From NCBI GenBank assembly GCA_964633865.1, contig CAZWIJ010000001.1, positions 2,352 through 66,351 of the forward strand: a stretch of DNA of 64,000 bases. The letters run 5' to 3'. Source of the stretch: an uncultured Candidatus Saccharibacteria bacterium. GTDB taxonomy: Bacteria; Patescibacteriota; Minisyncoccia; SW-4-49-11. Of this stretch, positions 51,898 to 60,342 are shown piece after piece (the first letter of the stretch is position 1; the number at the start of each line of letters is the position of its first letter). The position numbers and the translations under genes are program-made. The notes beneath the pieces were generated by a model. The model had not been told where the DNA came from and searched no databases. It worked only from the letters and a program-made list of their open reading frames with translations.

Positions 51898-53286
51898 ATG
51901 GCTGAAAGGAAACCAAAATTTGTTAAAAATGAGCCACCAAAAGAAGCTATAATTAATAGAATTCCTCCTCAAGCTCTAGAGATGGAAGAATCTATTTTAG
52001 GTGCTATTTTGATTGATAAAGATTCTATTTTGAAAGTAGTAGATATTTTGAATATAGATGACTTTTATCAAGAAAAAAATGGTCTGATATATGAGATAAT
52101 GTTACATTTATTTAATAACAAAGAGCCAATTGACATATTGACCGTATCTCAAAAATTAGATATAAAAGATCAATTAGACTCAATTGGTGGAGAGGAATAT
52201 TTAGCATATCTTGCAAGTCTAGTACCATCATCAGCTCATCTTTATCATTATGCAAATACTGTAAAGCAAAAATCTACTTTGAGAAAATTAATTTCTGCGG
52301 GCTCTTCTATTGTAGAAATGGGGTTTGATGAAGCAACAGAAATAGAAACTTTATTGGATCAATCAGAACAAGAAGTCTTTAAGATATCTCAAAAAATTGT
52401 TAAACAAGATTATGTTAAGATGTCAGATGCACTTAATGATGCCTTTGATAGAATAGATGAAGTTCATAATAATGGTGTCTCTATGAAAGGAGTGAAAACT
52501 GGATTTAAGGCTCTTGACAATGCTCTTGGAGGATTGCATCCTGCCAACTTAATTATACTTGCGGCTAGACCTTCAGTAGGAAAAACCTCTCTAGCTCTTG
52601 ATATTACTAAAAATGTATCCCTTCATTCTGAAAAAGCTGTGGTTTTCTTTAGTCTAGAAATGTCACAGGAAGAAGTCGTAGATAGGCTTATAAGCTCTGA
52701 GGCAAGAGTAGATTTATTCAAGATGAAAACAGGAAAACTAAGTGCAATGGATTTTGAGCTTTTAGCACCAGCAATGGATTCCTTATCTAGATCAGAATTA
52801 TTTATAGAAGATACACCAGGAACAAGTGTGATGAGAATGAGAGCAATTTTGAGGAGAGTTTTGACAGAGACAAAATCACTAGGATTAGTAGTAATTGACT
52901 ATTTACAGTTAATGGAGTCTTCAATCAAAAATGATAATATTGTACAACAAGTATCAGATATATCTAGATCACTAAAAGGATTAGCAAGAGAATTTGAAGT
53001 CCCTGTAATAGCTTTATCTCAGTTATCTAGATCAGTAGAGAATAGATCACCGCAAATCCCAAGATTATCTGACCTAAGGGAATCAGGGTCTATCGAGCAA
53101 GATGCTGATGTAGTAATGTTTATTTATCGTGAAGAAAGAGAAAATCCAGATACCGAAAGAAAAGGTATTGCAGAAATTCATATAGCCAAACAAAGAAATG
53201 GTCCGATTGGAAAAGTTGATTTAGGATTTAGAAAGGAATATGCGACATTCACCAACTTAGATTATCATCATAATGAAAATAATTAA
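51898..53286 (+). CDS. dnaB: Replicative DNA helicase
   Basis: AARPSVGKT, FSLEM, IDYLQL, DLRESGSIEQDAD, KQRNGP; no intein seen. Confidence 0.97.
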   Translation: MAERKPKFVKNEPPKEAIINRIPPQALEMEESILGAILIDKDSILKVVDILNIDDFYQEKNGLIYEIMLHLFNNKEPIDILTVSQKLDIKDQLDSIGGEEYLAYLASLVPSSAHLYHYANTVKQKSTLRKLISAGSSIVEMGFDEATEIETLLDQSEQEVFKISQKIVKQDYVKMSDALNDAFDRIDEVHNNGVSMKGVKTGFKALDNALGGLHPANLIILAARPSVGKTSLALDITKNVSLHSEKAVVFFSLEMSQEEVVDRLISSEARVDLFKMKTGKLSAMDFELLAPAMDSLSRSELFIEDTPGTSVMRMRAILRRVLTETKSLGLVVIDYLQLMESSIKNDNIVQQVSDISRSLKGLAREFEVPVIALSQLSRSVENRSPQIPRLSDLRESGSIEQDADVVMFIYREERENPDTERKGIAEIHIAKQRNGPIGKVDLGFRKEYATFTNLDYHHNENN

Positions 53287-53289
53287 TTT

Positions 53290-53889
53290 ATGAGTAAAAT
53301 AAAAATACCAGATTCATTAGAGGATTTGATTTTAGATTTGAAAAGGTTCCCATCAGTCGGAAAAAAAACAGCTACGAGATATGCTTATTGGCTTATATCA
53401 CAAGATCAAGAATATTTAACTGCACTTGCAAAAAAAGTACACTATATAAAAAAGTTGATCAAAGTTTGTAAGATTTGTGGGAATAAATCAAAGGCAGATA
53501 TCTGTGAGATTTGCATGGATAAATCAAGAGAAAATGGAGTTTTATGTATTGTAGAGCAAGCAGAAGATATTTTACAAATAGAAAAAACCGAAGTATTCAA
53601 AGGAAAATATCATGTTTTGGGAGGAATTATTGACCCTTTGAATAAAACGAATTTTGAAGATTTATCCTTTGATAAATTATCTCTTAGGATCAATAATGAA
53701 AATATTCAGGAATTAATTATTGCCCTTGGGAATACTGTACAAGGAGATGTAACAACTCTAGCTATTAGAGATTTGTTCAGAGATAGAGATCTAAAGATTT
53801 CTATTTTGGGAAGGGGATTATCTACAGGAGCTATGATAGAGTATATAGATACGGATACTCTAAGAGAGGCTTTTCAGAATAAGAGGTAG
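53290..53889 (+). CDS. recR: Recombination mediator RecR
   Basis: HhH motif, C4 zinc finger, YHVLGG Toprim. Confidence 0.95.
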   Translation: MSKIKIPDSLEDLILDLKRFPSVGKKTATRYAYWLISQDQEYLTALAKKVHYIKKLIKVCKICGNKSKADICEICMDKSRENGVLCIVEQAEDILQIEKTEVFKGKYHVLGGIIDPLNKTNFEDLSFDKLSLRINNENIQELIIALGNTVQGDVTTLAIRDLFRDRDLKISILGRGLSTGAMIEYIDTDTLREAFQNKR

Positions 53890-53962
53890 GGAATTATGAT
53901 TTTTTATAGAGTATTCAGGATAAATAATCATTTCATATGAAACTGAATACCTTCTAAAATAT

Positions 53963-53991
53963 AGACACTATAATATTCATATGTTATCATT
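53963..53991 (+). promoter_or_regulatory. Promoter of the nucleotidyltransferase operon
   Basis: TAGACA-17-TATCAT, followed by the palindrome ATTCTCT-g-AGAGAAT at 54009-54023. Confidence 0.45.
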
Positions 53992-54035
53992 ATCTCATAT
54001 TAGAAAACATTCTCTGAGAGAATATAAAAATTAAT

Positions 54036-54752
54036 ATGAACCTAGAATCTAGATTTTTAAATGAAATATTAAATTTATTTTCTAAAGATAGAATTATCTG
54101 TATTTTGTTTTATGGAACAAATGCTTTTAATAGAAGTGAGAGCAAATTTAGTGATTATGACTTCTATGTGATGTTTGACAAATTCTTAAAAGAAGATGAT
54201 ATTTTGATTAAACAACTGATAAATTTATTCCCAAATCTAAATATAGATATAACATATCAATATTTAGAAGATTTAGAAAAAATAGGTTGGCAAAATTATC
54301 AATTGGGGAATCATGGATTATTTTATATGTTAAATTTTGCTCAAGCTATATTATTATATGGATATAATATATTTCAAAGAAAGTTAATTTTGATTGATAA
54401 TGACAAGTTAAGAGAATCTATCTTGTTTCAGATACAAGAATATTTTTGGCGACTTGACAATTGGTTTTTAAAAGAAGATGAAAATGAATTATTGTATTCT
54501 AGATATAAAAAATATGTAATTAGAATATTAGTAGATATTCTTTTATTCAACGGAGATATTTCATTTCAAGAAATAAATGTGAAATTGTATAAGGAAATTA
54601 TTCAATTAGTAAACATAAAACCCTATATATCCGATGAAACAAAACAAAAATTAAAAGAAATATATATAATTAATAATAAACCGAATATATATGAATTTAG
54701 AGAACTAAAAAGACTTATTTATGAAGATTATTTAATAATTTTACAACAATGA
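54036..54752 (+). CDS. Pol-beta superfamily nucleotidyltransferase with a C-terminal helical domain
   Basis: FYGT-x10-SDYD, third Asp in NIDIT, AILLYG. Confidence 0.78.
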   Translation: MNLESRFLNEILNLFSKDRIICILFYGTNAFNRSESKFSDYDFYVMFDKFLKEDDILIKQLINLFPNLNIDITYQYLEDLEKIGWQNYQLGNHGLFYMLNFAQAILLYGYNIFQRKLILIDNDKLRESILFQIQEYFWRLDNWFLKEDENELLYSRYKKYVIRILVDILLFNGDISFQEINVKLYKEIIQLVNIKPYISDETKQKLKEIYIINNKPNIYEFRELKRLIYEDYLIILQQ

Positions 54753-55495
54753 TAATTAGAATTTCATTAAACCAATCACTTAGCGGAGATATTTATTTAC
54801 CTGTTAATAGCAATAATAAAACTATTATATTTTTGGGAGGTATGCCTTCTTATTTTTATAAAAATTCTATTTCAGAAAATTTATCACAAGTTGGCTTTAC
54901 AGTTATACAACCTTTTTATTATGGCTCATGGGTATCTAATGGTGATTTTTCAGCTAAAAATTGTATACAGACAATTACTGATACAATACAAGCTATAAAT
55001 AATAATACTATAATCAATTCATACAATAATCAACTACTAAATTTAGATTCCAAAGAAATTTACTTGATGGGAACTAGTTTTGGGTCTACTTTAGTACAAA
55101 TTTATAAAGATTCAGAATATAAATTAGAAAAAAGAATTTGCCTAGCTGGAATACCAGTTTTTGAACAAAAATATAATCAACAAATTCATTTTAATCATTT
55201 AGAATTTATAGATTTTATCAAAAGAGGATTTAAAAATTTATACCGTTCAGATTCTTGGCAAGAATGGGAGAAAGAATTATCAGGAAATGGAGAGTTTTTT
55301 CATGATTTAAATTTAAACCCAGATTATTTATTTTTACAAGCGAAAGACGATAATATGGCAAATTATAGTCTAATCAGCTCTTATGCACAAGAAAAACAAA
55401 TTAAAGCAAATATAGTTGAAATAAATGGAAAGCATTCTTTAGAATCTTTTGATACTTTACAAATAACTAAAAATATTATAGAATTTACATCGTAG
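54749..55495 (+). CDS. Alpha/beta hydrolase
   Basis: FLGGMPS, YYGSW.S.G, GTSFG nucleophile, AKDD, GKHS; ATGA overlap with the upstream gene. Confidence 0.78.
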   Translation: MIIRISLNQSLSGDIYLPVNSNNKTIIFLGGMPSYFYKNSISENLSQVGFTVIQPFYYGSWVSNGDFSAKNCIQTITDTIQAINNNTIINSYNNQLLNLDSKEIYLMGTSFGSTLVQIYKDSEYKLEKRICLAGIPVFEQKYNQQIHFNHLEFIDFIKRGFKNLYRSDSWQEWEKELSGNGEFFHDLNLNPDYLFLQAKDDNMANYSLISSYAQEKQIKANIVEINGKHSLESFDTLQITKNIIEFTS

Positions 55496-55527
55496 TCAAT
55501 TTTAATATCTTGAGGATATAATTTAAA

Positions 55528-56661
55528 ATGATTAATTGTACTAGTACTTTACCAATTCGCCCTAGAAACAATCCCTTTATAGGTTATTATAGTATTCATG
55601 TAATAGCTGATATTATTTCTAGAATTAACCACATGCCTTTTCTTTATCCTATTAATTTATTAGGAATGATTGCTGTTCAAGAAAAAGATGTAAAAATCCA
55701 TTTAGACAATATTATGGATTTAAAAATAATTCCTAATAAAATTATAAAAGACTCTGACCTTCTGAAAACTAATATAGTAGAGAAAGTTATTAAAAAAGGT
55801 TTGGAAGAAGGTTGGATAATTGAAGAGTCTAGAAGATTTTATTCTTGTAGTTGTGGAAAGACTGAGTTTATAGAAGAAATGGAAAATCTTTTTGAAAGAA
55901 AGTCTAAAAGGACTGTCTATAAAATAATTAATAATACTCCTATTTGCAATTTTTGTAATAGTGAGGCTGTTATGTATGATGAGATAGTGCTGCTATTAAA
56001 AATCCCAGTTGATATTTTACTTTTTAATCAAATTATTTTTATACAAGATTATTTTGAAAAAGATTTAAAAAATCAATTGAAAGAATTGAGAGGAAAAGAT
56101 ATATTAATAAGTAGAAAAAGAAGTAGAGGGGTTTCTATTTTGCTTTATAATAAATTATTTTATATGGATATAGATTTCATATATATGATTTATTTATACT
56201 ATCTGTATGAAATGGGGTTTTATGTTGATACATTTATAATTGGATCAAAAATAGCCAAACAAACTGCTATGTCATTAATTGTATCTTCATTAATGAATAT
56301 ACAACTTCCTAATAAAATTGTTGCTATACCTTATCTTTCTTTTACTAATGATCTAAACATTAGTACATTTGAATTTCTAACTTTGTATGGAGGTAAAAAC
56401 TTACGGCTAATTCTTTCTACTAGTTTTGGAGCTAATAAAAAAGAGTTGAATTTGAACTCAAGTTTTATATATCAGGCTAAACAATCTTTGAATAATAAAA
56501 ATTATGATTTAACTTGTAAAAAGTATTGCCCGTTGGATTTTATATCCTTGTGGCAAGGATATTCAGTAGATAAAATTATGAGATTAGTTTCTAGTTTAAG
56601 AAAGCCATCCATAAATCTTAGTGAAAAAGACAAATTACTTCTAGAATATTTAATAGGTTAA
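55528..56661 (+). CDS. Degenerate class Ia aminoacyl-tRNA synthetase (MetRS)-like protein
   Basis: MetRS-like blocks appear in order, but HIGH is replaced by FIGY and KMSKS is absent; CxC...CxxC knuckle. Confidence 0.6.
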   Translation: MINCTSTLPIRPRNNPFIGYYSIHVIADIISRINHMPFLYPINLLGMIAVQEKDVKIHLDNIMDLKIIPNKIIKDSDLLKTNIVEKVIKKGLEEGWIIEESRRFYSCSCGKTEFIEEMENLFERKSKRTVYKIINNTPICNFCNSEAVMYDEIVLLLKIPVDILLFNQIIFIQDYFEKDLKNQLKELRGKDILISRKRSRGVSILLYNKLFYMDIDFIYMIYLYYLYEMGFYVDTFIIGSKIAKQTAMSLIVSSLMNIQLPNKIVAIPYLSFTNDLNISTFEFLTLYGGKNLRLILSTSFGANKKELNLNSSFIYQAKQSLNNKNYDLTCKKYCPLDFISLWQGYSVDKIMRLVSSLRKPSINLSEKDKLLLEYLIG

Positions 56662-56669
56662 TTTATTAT

Positions 56670-56703
56670 AAGGATATATATTATTTGATATATCCTTTTT
56701 TTT
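56670..56703. terminator. Terminator between convergent genes
   Basis: AAGGATATAT...ATATATCCTT followed by a T-tract. Confidence 0.6.
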
Positions 56704-56748
56704 ATTTCTACTCAAAACTATACATCCATTTTTTCTACTTATCAATAC

Positions 56749-57546
56749 TTATATATCTTTCACAATCTCCCCATAAACTGATTGAATAGCTTTTTTATTC
56801 CCATCATATTTTACTCTGTCTATAGCTTTTTCTACAGATAAAAATTCAAATTCTGTATGCTCATCACTTAGGATAATTTCATTGTTTTCTTCTAATTTAT
56901 AACCAAAAACATATTCTGAAAGCTCATATCCTTCACTTCCAATATACCAAAAAACACAATTTGTTTTGATTAAATTTTCTAATTTTGTATTTAATGAAAG
57001 TTCTTCTTGTAATTCCCTCAAAGCATTTTCTGCAAGTAATCCTTTCATATGAACTCCACCTGTAATAGTTTGCCAAAAAGATCCTTTCTTTGGACTTCTC
57101 TTTAAAACAAGAAACTTAGGTTCATTATTTATAATTCTATAACAAACCACATTCGCCTGACAAATTCTATCATTTGTAATAATAGCTTGTATTTTTTGTT
57201 CCACTCCTTTTTTCTTTAAATATATATCTTTGTTTTTTACTTGAATAAAATTTATAACTATACCAAATTCTAAAGGCAAAATTTCTCTAAAGAATTTATG
57301 ATATAAATCAAAAAATTCTTTTGTGTACTTATTTTTTATTTCTGTTGATAATAATTCGTAATTAGTATATGAGAGTATAATCAAAATTTCTTTGGATTTT
57401 CTATAATTCTGAATATCTTCCAAATGATTTATATATAGAGAGATATCTTTATCTTTAGCATATTGATAAGCAATTGAAGATAGAGCAATATTGTCTGATT
57501 GTAAAAATTCTTCTTTCCAAAATCCTTCAATTATGATTATTTCCAT
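56749..57546 (-). CDS. NUDIX hydrolase (NudB-like) fused to an unknown N-terminal domain
   Basis: LVLKRS, FWQTITGG, ALRELQEE, LSDEHTE. Confidence 0.82.
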   Translation of the reverse strand: MEIIIIEGFWKEEFLQSDNIALSSIAYQYAKDKDISLYINHLEDIQNYRKSKEILIILSYTNYELLSTEIKNKYTKEFFDLYHKFFREILPLEFGIVINFIQVKNKDIYLKKKGVEQKIQAIITNDRICQANVVCYRIINNEPKFLVLKRSPKKGSFWQTITGGVHMKGLLAENALRELQEELSLNTKLENLIKTNCVFWYIGSEGYELSEYVFGYKLEENNEIILSDEHTEFEFLSVEKAIDRVKYDGNKKAIQSVYGEIVKDI

Positions 57547-57691
57547 ATTTTTAAGGGTTATTTAAAGTTAATTATAGAATATTTTCTTTTTTATGTAAAG
57601 AATCAATAATATATCCATAATTCTTTTTCTTGATAAGAATCAATTAATATACTATAATATAAATATCATAATTAATCTAAATTTTAAAAAT

Positions 57692-58615
57692 ATGAATATA
57701 TTAGTAACAGGTGGAGCTGGATTCATTGGATCACATATCGTTGACTCTTTAATTTCTAAAGGTCATAATGTTATAATCATAGATAATATGTTAACAGGTC
57801 AAAAAGATTTAATTAATCCAGAAGCTAAATTTTATCAAGAAGATATAAGAAATTTAGAAGAATTAAATAAAATTATTAAAGAGAATAAAATAGAAAGAAT
57901 TTGTCATCAGGCAGCTCAACTAGATGTTAGGAAATCTGTGGAGAATCCACAATTTGATGCAGAGGTAAATATTATAGGAACTATTAATATCTTCGAATCA
58001 GCTAGACAAAATGGAGTTTCTAAGGTGGTTTTTGCTTCATCAGGTGGAGCAATCTATGGAGATACTGATATTATGCCTACCACAGAGACTCACCCAGAAG
58101 AACCAATTTCTCCTTATGGAATAGCTAAATTGGTAATGGAAAAATATGCACACTATTACAAAGAGATTTACAATTTAGATTATACAGCTCTTAGATATTC
58201 CAATGTTTATGGCCCAAGACAAAATGCTCATGGTGAAGCTGGAGTAGTCGCTATATTCACAGATAGAATGTTGAGAGGAGAGCAGTGCTATATTAATGGA
58301 GATGGAGAAAATACGAGAGATTTCGTATTTGTAGATGATGTTGTAGAAGCAAATGTACAAGCTCTACTAGGAGATTTGACAGGAAAATATAATATTTGTA
58401 CAGAAAAATCAATCTCTATAAATCAGGTATTTGATATTATAAATCAATTATCAGGTGCAAATTTAGAAAGATTATATAGGGAAGCTAAATTAGGAGAACA
58501 AAAACATAGTTGTCTTTCTTATCAAAAAATAAATCAAGCTATCAATTGGCAACCTAAAATTGAAATCACTGAAGGATTAGCTAAAACCGTAGAGTATTTT
58601 AAAAATAAATTATAG
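57692..58615 (+). CDS. NAD-dependent epimerase (UDP-glucose 4-epimerase-like)
   Basis: TGGAGFIGS, SSGGAIYG, YGIAK, NVYGPRQ. Confidence 0.9.
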   Translation: MNILVTGGAGFIGSHIVDSLISKGHNVIIIDNMLTGQKDLINPEAKFYQEDIRNLEELNKIIKENKIERICHQAAQLDVRKSVENPQFDAEVNIIGTINIFESARQNGVSKVVFASSGGAIYGDTDIMPTTETHPEEPISPYGIAKLVMEKYAHYYKEIYNLDYTALRYSNVYGPRQNAHGEAGVVAIFTDRMLRGEQCYINGDGENTRDFVFVDDVVEANVQALLGDLTGKYNICTEKSISINQVFDIINQLSGANLERLYREAKLGEQKHSCLSYQKINQAINWQPKIEITEGLAKTVEYFKNKL

Positions 58616-58621
58616 TAAAAT

Positions 58622-59032
58622 ATGGATTTAAAGTTTGATCAGATTATACAAGAAAGTAAAAAAAATCGATTAACTGATAAGACAAAATCTATATTTTTGA
58701 TACTGAAAGAAGAAAATCATCCAATAACTGCTAAATCTATATTAGAGAAAATGAAATCTAAGGATAATAAGGTAGATTTATCTACGGTTTATAGAGCTTT
58801 AAAAAGATTAGTTTTACTTGATATAATAACAAAAGTTATTAGAGAAAATGTGGTTTTGTATGAATTATCAAATCAATTTATCAAACATCATCATCATTTC
58901 ACATGTAATAAATGTCATACAACTTATATATTAGATAATTGTATTGTGGATAAAATTACAAGCGAAGATATAGCAAAATTAGAATCACATTCAATAGAGT
59001 TATTTGGAATTTGTGTAAAATGTAATATTTAG
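58622..59032 (+). CDS. Fur family transcriptional regulator (Zur-like)
   Basis: STVYRAL, HHHHFTCNKC, C-terminal CxxC. Confidence 0.88.
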   Translation: MDLKFDQIIQESKKNRLTDKTKSIFLILKEENHPITAKSILEKMKSKDNKVDLSTVYRALKRLVLLDIITKVIRENVVLYELSNQFIKHHHHFTCNKCHTTYILDNCIVDKITSEDIAKLESHSIELFGICVKCNI

Positions 59033-59069
59033 CCAAACTGTAATTTAGAGTTAATAAAATGAAAAACCA

Positions 59070-60194
59070 ATGAATCTTATCTCAACATATATATATTTTT
59101 TATTGGAATATTCAGTAGTATTAATAGGCACATTTATATTAATTTTTATTCCAAGATATAATAAATTATTTTGGAATATAGATGATAATACAAAGCCTTT
59201 AGCTAAGAGCAGAATCTCTACGATTGATTCTCTAAGAGGGATTTCAATAATAGGTGTTGTAATTATACATTCATGCTATTTATTAGCTAAAACAGAAATC
59301 TCGGTTTATGAAATTATAAATTTAAGTCTGATAAATAATCTATTTCGATTTGTTATACCTTTATTTTTATTTACATCAGGATTATTATTAAAACTATTTA
59401 TTTGGACTAGAAAATCAATATTTGAATTTTATAAAAGTAAATTTATTCGTATTGTAATACCTTATTTTTTAGTAACATTAATATTATATTTAATAGGGTA
59501 TATTGAAAATAAATCTTTACTTGATTTATTAATAACTGGAGAAGCGGCTATACCTCTATATTTTGTACCGCTTCTATTACAAATGTATTTAATATATCCT
59601 ATATTAGACTACTTTCGTAAAATTAACCCGAATTATTTAGTAAAAATTTCTATTTTAATTTCCGTTATTTCTTATCTTCTCCCATTTACCTGGAATTTCT
59701 TTGGAATAACTTCATTTTTCCCTTATTTAATATTTTTTGTTTATGGTATGGTAAGAAAAAATATTTTATACGATAAAATTTCACCCAAATGGAAAGAACT
59801 TATCTACATATACTTTATAATACAAATTTTTATTATTTATAGAATATTATCTATTAATATTGACAATAAATTTTTTGATAATATAACTTTATCATTTTAC
59901 AATACTCAATTTTATTTTGGTTTTGCTATGATATTTACTTTATATAAATATTTAAATGGAAAAAATTGGATTTCTAAAAAGATTAATCATAGTATGTCAT
60001 CAATAGGAAAAATTAGTTTATGGATATTTTTGATTCACTTTCCTATACAAGAATTTATATTTAACTTTATTAAATTTTCTAATCAAATAATATTTATCCA
60101 AGTAATTATAAATACTATATTAACTTTGATTATTACAGTTCCTATTTCTTTTTTACTTAATAGAGTATATAGTTATTTTACTAGAAATATCTAG
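59070..60194 (+). CDS. Acyltransferase-3 family membrane O-acyltransferase
   Basis: IDSLRGISIIGVVIIH, FVIPLFLFTSG, RIVIPY, SLWIFLIH. Confidence 0.85.
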   Translation: MNLISTYIYFLLEYSVVLIGTFILIFIPRYNKLFWNIDDNTKPLAKSRISTIDSLRGISIIGVVIIHSCYLLAKTEISVYEIINLSLINNLFRFVIPLFLFTSGLLLKLFIWTRKSIFEFYKSKFIRIVIPYFLVTLILYLIGYIENKSLLDLLITGEAAIPLYFVPLLLQMYLIYPILDYFRKINPNYLVKISILISVISYLLPFTWNFFGITSFFPYLIFFVYGMVRKNILYDKISPKWKELIYIYFIIQIFIIYRILSINIDNKFFDNITLSFYNTQFYFGFAMIFTLYKYLNGKNWISKKINHSMSSIGKISLWIFLIHFPIQEFIFNFIKFSNQIIFIQVIINTILTLIITVPISFLLNRVYSYFTRNI

Positions 60195-60342
60195 TGACTT
60201 TTTATATCATACATAAATTTGCCAAAATAAAAAATATATGTTATAATGGAATCTCATTAATGGTTATAGGTTGTGCAAATTTTTTATATGGTGCTCTTTC
60301 TATATCATCTAGTGACTTTATATTAATTTGCATAAAACTTAT

